Positions 16,330-31,301 are shown, counted from the first letter of the stretch. The stretch: DNA of 64,000 nucleotides from Eledone cirrhosa (GCA_964016885.1 OZ024745.1:130820001-130884000); one strand, 5' to 3'. Notes: generated from the letters alone by a model not told the origin. Numbers and translations: made by a program.

Positions 16330-16543
16330 GGCGGTGGATTGGCAGTATCGGTTTCTAGGGCGGTGGATTGGCAGTATCGGTAGAGGGTCTGACGCTATGC
16401 TTTGCAGCAAAGAGTTACGCCCCTTTATGGTTTGAGTTCAAATCCCGCCGAGGTTAACTTTGCCTTTCATCCTTACGGGGTCGATAAAATAAAGTACCAG
16501 TAATGCACTGGATAATTGCTGGCCTTGTGCCAAAAGTAGAAAC
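16330..16543 (+). mobile_element. SINE group A with duplicated 5' head and 17 bp target-site duplication
   Basis: aattatctttcttcaag at 16313-16329 and 16544-16560; ggcggtggattggcagtatcggt present twice. Confidence 0.9.
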
Positions 16544-16745
16544 AATTATCTTTCTTCAAGCAACCACTTTCTTGATAATATTTGAACTCGGCTCATTACA
16601 CTAACGTTACCCGGTAGCTGTTCCTGTGTACAACTTATTATAGACATTAGCTCAAAGTTATCCATACGATTAAAAAAGGGAGTTCCAACTTGACATTTTA
16701 TAAATAACTGTCAAATCACCCTCACATCACATTATACAGCCTTCA

Positions 16746-16885
16746 TCATCCGGTGGCCTCAGCCGAAATCAACTCAACAATTGATCTCAACGTGGGTCTG
16801 TCGTTCATTGCCATTGCCAAGTCCTGGATTTCAATATCAGAATCTCTGGAGATGACATCGGGATAGGAGAGCTTGCGTCCCCTGT
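16746..16885 (-). mobile_element. RTE-type LINE extreme 3' coding remnant
   Basis: RGRKLSYPDVISRDSDIEIQDLAMAMNDRPTLRSIV resembles the RTE C-terminal RGRP..TY.D...D...AM.DR..WR pattern. Confidence 0.55.
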
Positions 16886-17849
16886 TATTAGTGACTGCTT
16901 GTGGTTCCCAATGCACAATGGCAGTGGCCTTAACGAAAGTACATGTTAAATAAATAATTACTTGAGTACATTGTGACGGAAACAAACAGAAAAATCAGAT
17001 GGTTACGGTTTATGATCACAAATTTTCTCCGTCACCACAAACAGCACTAATATATATTACTTTAGCAGCAGCAATAGATCAGCTATGTCGGTGCTCAAAC
17101 CTCTAGAAACAGTAGTAAAACCATATTCTACTATCTTGTACTAGGAAGAACACAGCGGAAAATATTATCCTAGGTGGAAAGACAAAATATCTTGTGGCAT
17201 TTGCATCGATTTTCCTGACACGGGGTTCAAATCCCAACGTGGACCGACAACATAGTAATAATGTCAATTAACGGAGATATTGGGGTATCAAACTAGATGT
17301 TCTACGTTAAATGATCCGGCTCTTTGCGTTCATAGAATAGCTGTGGTCTACGTGAGGGTAGATTTAATCCGTCGTCCGGTTTAACAACACCACCTGAGCT
17401 TTTGTTGCTTTTCGTGGAATCAACTCTCTGCCACGCTAGCGGGCTAATGATCCAGTTTGAAATACCGTCCTCCTTACCACAAGCAGTTTCGGTAGCCCTG
17501 TAAAGCATCGTGGGCATTTCTCTTTCATCCCTAACAAAATACATAGTATTTTGTTAAGGATGATCAATGTGACTTATATATTTCTTTGATTGCAAAAGTG
17601 AAAGGCTAATCACATCATGGTAAAATCTGACATTGTGATAGCTAGCAGCTTGTACCACACAAAGTCTGGCGTTTTAAACGATATCGCGAGAAGCTCAATG
17701 CGCGAATCCGAATAATACTGTAGTTATAATCAGGTTTAATGAATCTATTGTTTGCACATTTACTGGCATTTGCATATTTATGGAATCTAAACGATTTGTT
17801 ATAGCAGCACGTTCTAATGTATTGCAATCTGTCCATTACATGTGTGCAT

Positions 17850-17899
17850 GAAGATGTTTTCATTTGCATCTTAATAGTATTCTCTCTCTCTCTCTCTCC

Positions 17900-17941
<42 letters not shown>

Positions 17942-17972
17942 GAAGATATGTTCATTTGCATTTTAATAGTAT

Positions 17973-18023
<51 letters not shown>

Positions 18024-18065
18024 TGTATATATATGAAGATATTTTCATTTGCATTTTAATAGTAT

Positions 18066-18125
<60 letters not shown>

Positions 18126-18160
18126 GATATTTTCATTTGCATTTTAATAGTATTCTCTCT
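17850..18160 (+). repeat. Composite minisatellite, 4 units of ~90 bp
   Basis: gaagatattttcatttgcattttaatagtatt-(CT)n-(AT)n at 17850, 17942, 18035, 18123. Confidence 0.85.
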
Positions 18161-18180
18161 GTCTTTCTCCCTCTGTCTCC

Positions 18181-18260
<80 letters not shown>

Positions 18261-18302
18261 AGAGAAAACAAAGAGCGCTTATAACATCAATCAATTTTTA
18301 TT

Positions 18303-18349
18303 CGCTGACAGTGTTTCAACCAGACCATGGGGCAGGACTCATCAAAGCG
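18303..18349 (-). ncRNA. Hammerhead motif in a PLE-type end (~18258-18545); homolog at 48168-48214
   Basis: cgct-TTGATGA-gtcctgccccatggtctggtt-GAAA-cactg-TC-agcg; stem II pairs poorly. Confidence 0.5.
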
Positions 18350-18887
18350 GTGGAAACAAAAATACAATAATGAAGATAAGCTCTACCGACCTACAATAGA
18401 TATATGGTACAGGATCATAGGACAATAGTGAGAATGGAGATGATACATAATAAGGTTGTTAGTCAGAGTAAGGAAAAATAAGGAAATATAAAATAAACTG
18501 AAGTAATCACACGATAGATACATGTGAAGGAATCAGTCAAGGCGATAAAGAAAAAAGATAAAAGAATACTCAAAAATAATTAAAAAATAAATTAAAAAAT
18601 TAAAAATAAAAAATAAAAATAAAAATAAATAAAAAATAATAATTAATTTAAACAATAATTAAAAATTAAAAAAATTAAAAAATTAAAAAATAATAAAAAA
18701 TAATAAAAAATAATTAAAAAATAATTTTTTAAAAATTAAAAAGATATTAAAAAAAATATTGAAAAAATATTGAAAACAAAAAAAATATATATATATATAT
18801 ATATATATAATCCTCATCGAGCCCTTTTCGGATTTTAGTCTTTACATTTATTATTACTATATATATATTTATATATATATATATATA

Positions 18888-18978
<91 letters not shown>

Positions 18979-19119
18979 TTTTAAACGATATTCAATGATT
19001 ATGTCAAAGAATTAGTTTTACAGTAGATTGAAAGCACTCTACGGGAAAAATAATTTTCCGGAGTTATTAATATTAAAATATAAATATTAATAAAATAGAT
19101 GTTCTTTTGATCAATTACA

Positions 19120-19170
19120 TTTTATTATACGTATTTCGGATGTACAACAGTACGTCCTCATCAGACAAAA
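19120..19170 (-). ncRNA. Minimal type-I hammerhead ribozyme (canonical core)
   Basis: ttttgt-CTGATGA-ggacgtac tgtt gtacatcc-GAAA-TACGTA-TA-ataaaa. Confidence 0.8.
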
Positions 19171-19666
19171 TATAATGATACATGACATACCCTGAGATGT
19201 TAAATGGTTAAGATTTAATCAAGGTAGTGATTAGCCCGAGAGAAAATTTTACTTATATAGCCTAATTATGAGAAAATGCGAAAACGTAATAAATTCATTA
19301 GAGAATGTGTGAGTAATAAAATAACGTTGCTTACTGTAACTGTTTTAAAAGTTTTTTAAATGTATGATACTACAATATATCTAGGAAAACGTCTCATGAA
19401 TCATAACAGCCAGTGATAGCCGCTGGAAAAGGATTTATAAAGAGGGAAAGATAAAGGGTGGGGGGTGATATATGTAGAAGGGGATTTTTTTCCGAAAGTT
19501 AAACGGTTAAATTTGAAAATATTAGCCGTCGAAACGGCTTGAGCTCAGCCGTCGGGTTCCTACTCGTTCCTATATATATATAATTGAATATAAAAGAAAG
19601 ATAAACTCAGATATATACATATATGTGTTCAAATCGTAAGGGACCAGGTTCACATATATATATATG

Positions 19667-19788
19667 GGAAGGCGTGTGGCTGAGTGGTTAGAGCATTGGA
19701 TTCACAATCTTGAAGGTTGTGAGTTCGATTTCCGGACTGGGCGATGCGTTATGTCCTTGAGCAAGACACTTTACTTCACGTTGCTCCT
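19667..19788 (+). mobile_element. SINE group B 5' half
   Basis: TGGCTGAGTGG A box, GAGTTCGATT B box, CORE-like tgtccttgagcaagacacttta. Confidence 0.8.
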
Positions 19789-19890
19789 TCTACCTGGAGT
19801 TACGACCGATAGATAGTATTAGCATCTGGAAAGACGGCGGAAACATTGTTTCCTCGGTCCGATTTGACGAAAGTCAATCGATAAAAAATG

Positions 19891-19924
<34 letters not shown>

Positions 19925-19925
19925 A

Positions 19926-19963
<38 letters not shown>

Positions 19964-19999
19964 AGATCAAAAGATGGTTAAAAGATGGTTATATATGTA

Positions 20000-20066
20000 T
20001 TTTATTATGCGCATTTCAAAAACAAATATCATCATGGGATGATATTTGCGTTCTCATCAGATAAAA
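20000..20066 (-). ncRNA. Minimal type-I hammerhead ribozyme within PLE-type segment ~19963-20370 (20130-20350 homologous to 2690-2930)
   Basis: ttttat-CTGATGA-gaacgcaaatatcatc ccat gatgatatttgttttt-GAAA-TGCGCA-TA-ataaaa. Confidence 0.8.
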
Positions 20067-20379
20067 TAGGGAGACATGATATGAAGCTTAAAAAACACTT
20101 GCGAGCAGTGAAGTGTTAAATCAACACTTATAATCGCATATATTTCCGTCGCTAATTTTCTCCTAATGCAGTTTATATATAATGTCGTCTTTTTTTAAAT
20201 ATATCATGGATTACTGATTACAGAAGATAGTGTAACAGGCTTTGTTCAATTTCTGTCAATTACGATTTTATTTCATGTATCATATCTACATGTATATATA
20301 CTTGCGTATAATATCAATATACACACTACACATGCTAGCAGAAAACCACCCGTGGAGTGGTTTTTCTGCTAGTATTCAT

Positions 20380-20670
20380 AATAATGGTTTCTTATATAGG
20401 CACAAGGCCAGTAATTTTGGGAGAAGGGAAAGTCGATTAAATCGACCCCTGTGCGTGACTGGTACTTTATTTTATTGATCCCATAAGATGATAATGATAA
20501 TGACTGTATCTTCTTTGGCACAAGGCCAGCAATTACCCAGTACATTACTGGTGCTTTATTTTATCGACCCCATTGGGATGAAAAGCAAAGTTAACCTCGC
20601 TGGGATTTGAACTGAGACCGTAAAGGGTCGTAACTCTATGCTGCAAAGCATCGCGTCCGGCCTCTACCTA
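20380..20670 (-). mobile_element. Two adjacent SINE group A copies (20380-20490 long-tail 3' part; 20510-20670 short-tail)
   Basis: Reverse complement matches group A. Confidence 0.8.
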
Positions 20671-20671
20671 G

Positions 20672-20935
20672 TGTTAAGGGTGTAAGACTAACAACCATAA
20701 TGACGTGGATTCGATACATGGACTGGTTGGTGTGTTGTGTTCTTGAGAAAAACTTTTCATTTCACGTTGATCCAATATACTCTGTTAAAAATGAGTTCCA
20801 GATGCTGGGAGTTTCATCCTGCAATGGACTGGCGTCCTGCCCAGGGAAAATATTCTACTGTCAATTGCTTAAAACTACGGGAACCGCCATAAACACCGGC
20901 GTTTTGAGCCTCCGAGCTCGAGAGAAGATTTCAGA
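20672..20935 (+). mobile_element. SINE group B, diverged
   Basis: gtgttgtgttcttgagaaaaactttt...aaaatgagttcc...cctgcaatggactggcgtcctgcccaggg. Confidence 0.7.
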
Positions 20936-21172
20936 CCACGATGGTTTAAAAGAAATGAAAACAATGAGAACAACACAGGATGACAGGGTTTGTGGGGCGG
21001 GGGGAGTGGCAGGGGGTATATAAGTGTAAAGATAAAACTGCAAGGAGCTAACAATAAAATTCAAACAAAAGATTACAAAACTGGGAGAGACCTCTGTTGG
21101 TCACTCGTGGAAAAACTTCACAAAAGCCACGATCACTGTCCACTAGGGCAAATGCCCGTCATGTTGTACCCA

Positions 21173-21640
21173 TCTTCTTCTTCTTCTTCTTCTTCTTCTT
21201 CTTCTTCTTCTTCTTCTTCTTCTTCTTCTTCTTCTTCTTCAGCCACTTATTACTGAGATCTTCGTGGAAGCAGAGTCCTCAAACACTTCTTCCAGCGGGT
21301 CCTGTCAGAAGCAACCGTCTCCAGCTGATCCGGCTGGATCCCCTAGTGAGACCAGCCAAGCTCATGGATGTTATCCAACCATCTTGCTCGGATTCTACCC
21401 CTGGGGCTCCTGCCAGTTGGTTTTGCCTCATAAAATCTGTCCAGTGATTCTTTCCTGAGACATTCTAACCACATGCCCGTAGTACCGGAGCGGCGATCTC
21501 TCAATTCAGAAAAGTAGCGGCTCTACCTGGAGTGATTCTCTCATCTCCGAGCTACGCAATTTATTGAGTAACCTTGCTCCTCAGACGCTTCGGATGAACC
21601 CCATTTCGGCTGCTTGTATTCGCGATCGTATTCTTTCATA
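21173..21640 (-). mobile_element. RTE-clade LINE 3' fragment with (GAA)n tail
   Basis: Minus reads RIQAAEMGFIRSV...LRSSEMRESLQVEPLLF*IERSPLRYYGHVVRMSQER..., then DRTRWKKCLRTLLPR; tail seen as (TTC)n 21173-21240. Confidence 0.8.
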
Positions 21641-22128
21641 TTATATTTCATTGTAATTTATTAAACATTTGAATTTGAATCAAGTTTTATTGCTGTGAAA
21701 TGGGTTTGTTTTGTTTTAATCTTTTGAAACTTTCGTCTTATTTTAAATTACACAAAGAAATTGAGAAACCACGATAGAACTTTATTGAATTAAATAATTA
21801 AATAATAATAGTAATTGTTTAAAATCCTAAATGTATTTTTGCCCCATAAATTTCTTACATGTTCCCTCATGTGTGGAGAAAACCATTCTTATACACATAA
21901 AATAGCAAACACTCACAAACATATATTCACACACACACCCACTCACACACACACACACACACACGCATATATATATTTATACACACACATACATATATAC
22001 ATATATATATAAATATGCATATATATATAAATATACCCCCCCCCCCCCCCGCACTCTCAAGCATGAAACTAATACTAATATCATTTGTACTGTCTCTCTG
22101 TTTTTTGTTCTCTGTTCATTTATTAAAC

Positions 22129-22161
<33 letters not shown>

Positions 22162-22171
22162 TATATATATA

Positions 22172-22261
<90 letters not shown>

Positions 22262-22294
22262 TGCTTCAACATACACGTGCGTGCGTGTGTATCA

Positions 22295-22364
<70 letters not shown>

Positions 22365-22926
22365 ATATGTATGTATATATGTATGTATATATATATATAT
22401 ATAGGAGGGTGAAGAACAAAGTACTCAATACATTGTGAGGATTATAATTAGATTTATTCGGCTGACGCCGTTTGACGTTGTTCCAGTTTTTCATTGACAC
22501 GATCAATGAGGCGGCGTGATGGGCTGTAATTAGAAATTAGCCGTTATTTAAAATAATGAAAATTTCTCATTACAACTTCTATAGCCGGCTACCTAATTGT
22601 GCTAACGAGAATGTAACAGCATGCAGCGTCAGCCGAATAAATATGTCTAGGAGGTGGAATAGGAGTTTGCTCCACTGGTGTATGTCTACAACGTGGAGGT
22701 ATATAAGTTTAAGAGAAAAGTCGAAGTGGACCGCAAATGGTGATCATACACGATATTGAGTATTTGTGTGTGTATGTGTATGTATATATATATATTATAT
22801 ATATATACATAGATAGATAGAGAGAGAGAGAGAGAGAAACTAACAAAAAGTTATCGCCCTACATGGCTGAATACAATAAATCTAATCTGAGTTTTTCGAA
22901 TATTAATATATATATATATATATATA

Positions 22927-23253
22927 GTATAAAAAAAACGAAAAATCAGTGAGGCATCTGGACTCAATTTATTGCGTGTTGCAATTGTTTCGCCGGCAGG
23001 TAGCTCGAGACATGGCCCCTGTATGGATCTGGCTGATTCTACGGATGCAGGTTCCTTCAGACACGGGTAGTTCGTTCGGAGCAAATTTTAACTGAGTGAT
23101 AATTTTATCTGAGTGATTTTAAATGAGTGATTGAGTCCAGATGTATCACTGATTTTTCGTTTTTTTATACTATCCACACTCTACTCTGTTGAATATTGAG
23201 TGCTAATTTTGGCATACGGCCTATGGAAGCACCATAGCTACCATTTTACACAA
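22927..23253. mobile_element. PLE-type fold-back with HHR-like motif 22975-23065 (minus)
   Basis: Arms gtataaaaaaaacgaaaaatcagtga...ctggactcaat / attgagtccag...tcactgatttttcgtttttttatac plus ~80 nt tail; cgtgt-CTGAAGG...GAAA-CAATTG-CA-acacg. Confidence 0.6.
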
Positions 23254-23384
23254 GTATATATATATGATTCTGTTGTTATTTCTGTTTACATTTTATATAT
23301 ATATTAGAGCAAACATCACGGACGCTCTGTCTCAAAATTATTTTTGAAAAGCATTAGAAATGCGCAACCGGTTCCTATATATAA

Positions 23385-24146
<762 letters not shown>

Positions 24147-24682
24147 TTTGCGTATGCTTGTGTATGTACGTATCTGTTTGCGTGTATGTATTTATTTTTT
24201 TCTATTACTTCTGTATTGTATTTATTTACTTTGTTCTTAACTCTGTAGCTGAGATTCATTTGGTCTCCTAGTTAGAATTTTAGTCTACGACTTCTGCTAT
24301 ACCATTTACGTGGTTTTGTCTTTGCGTGCTATTGTTCTCCACGCTCCACATATGACTTATTATTTTCGTTCATCGCCAGAGAACGTCTCTATGCACCACC
24401 TAAGAGAACATTAGTCTTCAACATCTTTTATACCATAAACGTGGTTCTGTCTTTGCGCGTAATTGTTTTTCCCCGCTCCTATTAATGACGTATTATTCGT
24501 TTTTTCCCGTTCTTTGACAGGGAAAGTTTCCACGAACCAAAGTATCGTCTTCCTGTCTTCCTCCGGTTGCAACGTTTTTTGAAATATCCACTTCTGCGTT
24601 TACAGATTGACTTTGTTAGTTTCAGAAGATCCCGTTAAGGGTGAAAGCAGCGATTCTTTGCTTAAACTTTAATGTTATTTTA

Positions 24683-24748
<66 letters not shown>

Positions 24749-25130
24749 TATATTATATTTTGAGAATAAACTCTCAGTCGTTTACAATAATTAAGCTCCA
24801 GGAAAAGGGGCTTTTCCGAGCAGTTAAATACATTAAAATATATGATAAACACGAAACGTGTTTACATTGCAACAGACAAAGTTAACTATTAATGAAATAA
24901 ACTAATTAAAGTGAATACAAATTGTCTGTCTCGATATAAGTCAATAAAGACAAGCTTATATTGGCAACGGCCATGATTCCTGGACAGATTTAAATTTCAA
25001 AATGCAAACCCGTTCCGTAGACGAATTTGAACCTCGAAACCTAAATCCATTTCGCAACGGTGGAATGTGAATTGAAAAATAAAGAGAATCGAAATGGAAT
25101 AGAAATAAAAAGTGAAATATCCAAATCTTC

Positions 25131-25214
<84 letters not shown>

Positions 25215-25624
25215 GATAGAACCAATTTAAAATTAGTTAGTCCATTACTCAACAGTGACGACGATGGCGGTGGTGTTGATTATAATAAGAACAAGAATGA
25301 TGGTGATGATGATGATGATGATAACAACCACGATGATGATAATACTATAAATAATGTTACGAGTAGTCTTAATGTTGATTAAAATTCGTCTATCAGACGT
25401 TCTTAAAGATAAACTGTTGCACTAGATTCTATTTAAAATATATTCCAGTCAAAACATTTGTTTTTCAGGAAGTTCTTTCGACTTCTACCTCTGAGGTGGA
25501 TAGAAATTTATTGGAACTTTGCAGTAAACTTCAATTACCTAAATAATCTGAGATTCAGGGGTTAATGGCTTTACTATTTTATATATATCTGTGTGTATAT
25601 ATAGGTATGTTTATATGTTTGTGG

Positions 25625-25695
<71 letters not shown>

Positions 25696-26024
25696 TGTGT
25701 GTGTTTACTTTTTTCTATGTTCTTATCTATGTATGTATGTGTTGCATTAATGTATCTGTGTGTGTATATATATATAGGTATGTGTGTATGTATGTGTATA
25801 TATACATGTGTGTGTGTGTTTACATGTGCCTATATTTTTATGTATGTATGTGTTGCATTAATGAATGTATGTGTGTATATATATGTATGTGTTTACATGG
25901 ATCTATATTTGTATGTGCATGTATCTATGTATGTATGTATGCATGTGTTGCATTTATGTATGTATGTATGTATCTATGTATGTATGTATGTAGGTATATA
26001 TGTATGTATGTATGTATGTATGTG

Positions 26025-27151
26025 ACAAAGGGTGACTTTGGACATCCTGCAGGACTAAAAACAAAACCTGTCAAAGGGCAAAGGAGCTCTTAAGAGTCAA
26101 TGGCCATCCAAAATCACCGGGAGAGATGACCCCTTTAGCCTTAGTCAAGGCAGAATTCTAGGAGAAGGAAAACTCTGATATAACACCTGCAACCCTGATG
26201 GTATCCAATGATGTTGACTTGTTCTTCTTTTTGGTAAATAGCATCTTGGTTAAGAGAGTGGGACTGGCTTTGTGCAGTGCCTTTGCTCACTATAAAAGCT
26301 TCACGGCACAGGCATTGCTTTATATCTGGAGATCTCTCTGCACTTGTCCTCACATGGGCCCAGCACTATGTGTCAATAATTGTCCTACCATGGGCCTAGC
26401 ACTATGTGTCAATAATTGTCACAGGTGTAGTGTTTGTACCAGAGGTTTCAAGTCGCTGGCTGGACTAAAAAGTCACACTCGTTCAGCGCTTCGGTAGGGG
26501 TTATCCTACATGGATGTAAAGTAGTGGCCGTACTCGAAAACGAGTTGGCAGCCACCATGTATGTATGTATGTATGTATGTATGTATGTATGTATGTATGG
26601 TCGGGTCGTTGGCGACTAAACTGGCAACCCCACCAAGGTTTCTTGGTGAGGAGGGTGACTCTGGACATCCTGCAGGATTAAAAACAAAACGTGTCAAAGG
26701 GCAAAGGAGCTCTTAAGAGTCAATGGCCATCCAAAATCACCGGGAGAGATGACCCCTTAGCCTTTGTCAAGGCAGAATTCTAGGAGAAGGAAAACTCTGA
26801 TATAACACCTGCAACTCTGATGGTATCCAATGATGTTGACTTGTTCTTCTTTTTGGTAAATATCATCTTGGTTAAGAGAGTGGGACTGGCTTTGTGCAGT
26901 GCCTTTGCTCACTATAAAAGCTTTACGGCACAGGCATTGGTTTATATCTGGAGATCTCTCTGCACTTGTCGTCACATGGTACCATGGGCCCAGCACTATG
27001 TGTCAATAATTGTCACAAGTGTAGTGTTTGTACCAGAGTTTTCAAGTCGCTGGCTGGACTAAAAAGTCACATTCGTTCAGCGCATGGGTAGGGGTTTTCC
27101 TACATGGATATAAAGTAGTGGCCGTACTCGAAAACGAGTTGGCAGCCACCA
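26025..27151 (+). mobile_element. Two tandem copies (26025-26558, 26599-27151) of a short non-autonomous RTE-derived element with (TGTA)n tails
   Basis: High identity between copies; RTE-5'UTR-like ctaggagaaggaaaactctga; terminal C2H2-like CSVCTRGFKSLAGLKSHTRS; 3' hairpin ctcg aaaa cgag. Confidence 0.65.
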
Positions 27152-27899
27152 TGTATGTATGTATATATGTATATCTCTTAATTTCGAGTATGTATGTATG
27201 TATGTATGTATGTATGTATGTATGTATGTATGTATGTATGTATGTATGTATGTATGTATGTATGCGTCTAGGTCTGTGTCTGTGCGCGTATCGCTAGAAT
27301 TAACAAAATCGAATCTGTTGGTTATTTAACAGCTTTAGGCGATATCACTTGATATATAGATTTTTTTTTCTTTTTCACTATTTTAATTTGGCGTCAGATT
27401 CAAAAATACAACTACGTTATATTTACGTTTAAATCGATATACTGAATTAAATATAGTTGGTGTTATAAACTGACACACGAATTGATAATTGTGTAGTGAC
27501 TATCTTGGCTTTAGACTGTGCACCAATTTACCCCTCTAGGTTTGATAAGCGACACAACTCATATCTTTGAAGCGAGATCTACTCTTGTCAGAAATCCTGT
27601 GGTGTCTATGTATTCGAATTGTTTCCCATCTTCTGAGATCTCCCCGGGTATATTGATATAAGAAATCCCTGTCGTGAATGTCTACATAAGTACTGTAACC
27701 TTTACGATATATAACCCATGTCGATAGCACCAAACATTGTCTCGCTCTCGTATAACGTACAGTTATTGCAGTGTTCAGCTTTTCTTCTTGGTTAACCACT
27801 CCTAATTCTACCTCGACTGAAATACATTTCTTCTGGTTAATCTTAATAACTGGATAATGTACTAAGCAATCTACCGAAGACTCATTGGTTTGTTTCAAT

Positions 27900-28304
27900 C
27901 ACCCCCAATATGTAGTTTTGGCTCAGTTACTAAATTCTTAAATGACCTCAATGACATCACCCCAAATATGTAGTTTTGGTTGAGTTACTTAATTCTTAAA
28001 TGACCTCACCCCAAATATGTAGTTTTGGCTGAGTTACTTAATTCTTAAATGACCTCACCCAAATATGTAGTTTTGGTTGAGTTACTTAATTCTTAAATGA
28101 CCTCACCCCAAATATGTAGTTTTGGTTGAGTTACTTAATTCTTAAATGACCTCACCCCAAATATGTAGTTTTGGCTGAGTTACTTAATTCTTAAATGACC
28201 TCAATGACCTCGCCCCTAATATGTAGTTTTGGCAGAGTTGCTTAAATCTCAAATGACCTCACCCCCAATTTGTAGTATTGCCTGAGTTACTTAATTCTCA
28301 AATG
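27900..28304 (+). repeat. Minisatellite, 8 copies of a 49 bp unit (two units 58 bp)
   Basis: cccaaatatgtagttttggytgagttacttaattcttaaatgacctcac at 27903, 27961, 28010, 28058, 28107, 28156, 28214, 28263. Confidence 0.95.
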
Positions 28305-29877
28305 GTCAAAATATTTATCTGCAATAACGAACAGCTATCTATAAACTAATAATATATGACTGGATTTTTTGTTTTTCCCATTCAGCGTTTTCAGTTCCCA
28401 TGGCTGAGTTCAATCTCTCTGTAGCATAAAAGTGTAACGAGAAATTATTCCAGTCTATCAATAATGATTCAATAAAGGTTATGATACTATCTGATGCCAT
28501 CATTATTGAACCCTTTTCATAAAACTCTCAGCTTGAACCAATTGATATCTTCTCTCCTTCAAAGGACTCAACCAGTAAAAGAAATCAACAAAGTTCTTAT
28601 GAATTCTATCACATATCCAATTATAGTGATAACACCAAAATGTCGACTTTCTCGAGTGATATAAAGTATGAGTCAGCTGAGAAGTCTTACATCCTCGGGA
28701 ACCGTTGAACTCAACACAGTAAACTAAAGGAGTAATCGCACGTATCTTGTGTAATGTTTTCGGGTTTTTACAACTGTGAAAACTACGACCCTGTGTTGTC
28801 TACTTGTGATGACGCGAACCAGTGAACGTTACTTATCTTCACCAAAGAAACATCAAAATACCAATAACAGAATATGAACCACTAATCTTCATAGTTCGTT
28901 TCCTTACACAAAATCCTATTGAATCAACCATCTCGGTTTTCTAAAGCCAAAATATGCATTTACCATCAACTGTATATTAATGAACTTGAAACTAAGGTCA
29001 ATGATATACTATATACAGAAATAACCTATTTATTTCTCTCTCACTGTAAAGGATCTCGTTGTTCCTTAAACAACTTGTGGCTATTATTTGAAGAGAGAAC
29101 TATATTTGCATGCTATCCTTCCTAAATTAGAATATCTAGGAGATATTTCAAACTATTTAATATTGCTTACTACCAGCTTCCATTTCTCTATATTTCTATC
29201 ATATTGATTTTTTTTCTTTAAGCGCAAGGTGAAGTCTTAAAATGCAAGTTGTATTGTTGACAAGTTTTTCGAGAATCTTCGTTTTACTTATTTAAATTAT
29301 GCTGACAGGATATGAAGCCGAAATGCAAGGAGATGAAGCCAAATATTGTAAAAGATTCTATCGGTTGTTCTATAGTTTCTGCTATGTCTGTGACTTTCTC
29401 TTGGGCTTAAAACGAATTCATTAAGATCAATACATTCGGAACACAAAACAAATATTTCTTCGAGCTAAAAATCGATCCATTTTTTTTTTCTTTTTTTTTT
29501 CTTTTTCATAGATTTTAGAATTATACAAAAGCTTAGTTATATAGAAATATGAGGCCAAGGTCCTCTTTTAAAACAATACCAGACGGCAATCTCAAAAAAC
29601 AATTGCATGACCGGAAGTCTTCAACCGACATGGATATGGCTTAAAATCCAAACTATTGTACATATATATGTGTGTGTCTCGCTGTGTGGCTCTGTACGTG
29701 TGTGTGTGTGTTTGTTTGTGTGTGTGTGCGTGTGTGTAGAAAGGTCTAGTACCACCGGATGTGCAGTACATTCAATGAGAAATAATCGAGTATCAATTCT
29801 CAATATCGATAACCAAATACCAGCTACCGAACAAAATATTGATGTTGATATATATATGTGTGTATATATATATATAT

Positions 29878-29972
<95 letters not shown>

Positions 29973-29975
29973 GTG

Positions 29976-30029
<54 letters not shown>

Positions 30030-30031
30030 CA

Positions 30032-30220
30032 CAGCACGGACACTCTATCTCAAAATTATTTTTGAAAAGCATTTAGAAATGCGCAACCGGTAAAAACTTA
30101 AAAACTTAAAACCACAACTGAATACTAACCCATACAATCACTAATACTCTTTTATTCCTAATTAAACCATTTTTCAACTGTGAACAATTTGTCAGCATTT
30201 TCTATTCCGTTTACCAATAT
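30032..30220 (+). mobile_element. PLE-type end with UUGAAAA/GCAA hammerhead-like variant (second copy 23317-23375)
   Basis: TTGAAAA-gcattt ag aaatgc-GCAA-CCGG-TA-aaa; similar architecture to 891-926. Confidence 0.5.
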
Positions 30221-30472
30221 ATATATATATATATATATTTATTAAAATAACAGATTAAAGTTTAAGCAAAGAATCGGTGCTTTCACCCTTAACGGGATCT
30301 TCTGAAACTAACTAAGTTTTAGAAAATCCCGTTAAGGGTGAAAGCACCGATTCTTTGCTTAAACTTTAATCTGTTATTTTAATAAATATTTGCTCTACGG
30401 TTCTTATATATTTGATATATATTTATCCTTATCGAGCCCTCTTTGGATTTTAGTCTTCTAATTTATTATTAT

Positions 30473-31301
<829 letters not shown>

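Noticed and set aside
19667-19745. tRNA gene (Val-like anticodon loop); likewise 54440-54511 and 62070-62145
   Set aside because: No acceptor-stem closure or terminator; runs directly into a SINE body
27536-27898. 120 aa non-repetitive minus-strand ORF
   Set aside because: No recognisable motif, non-ATG start and no clear splice context
27900-28304. CRISPR-like 49 bp array
   Set aside because: No variable spacers; simple tandem repeat
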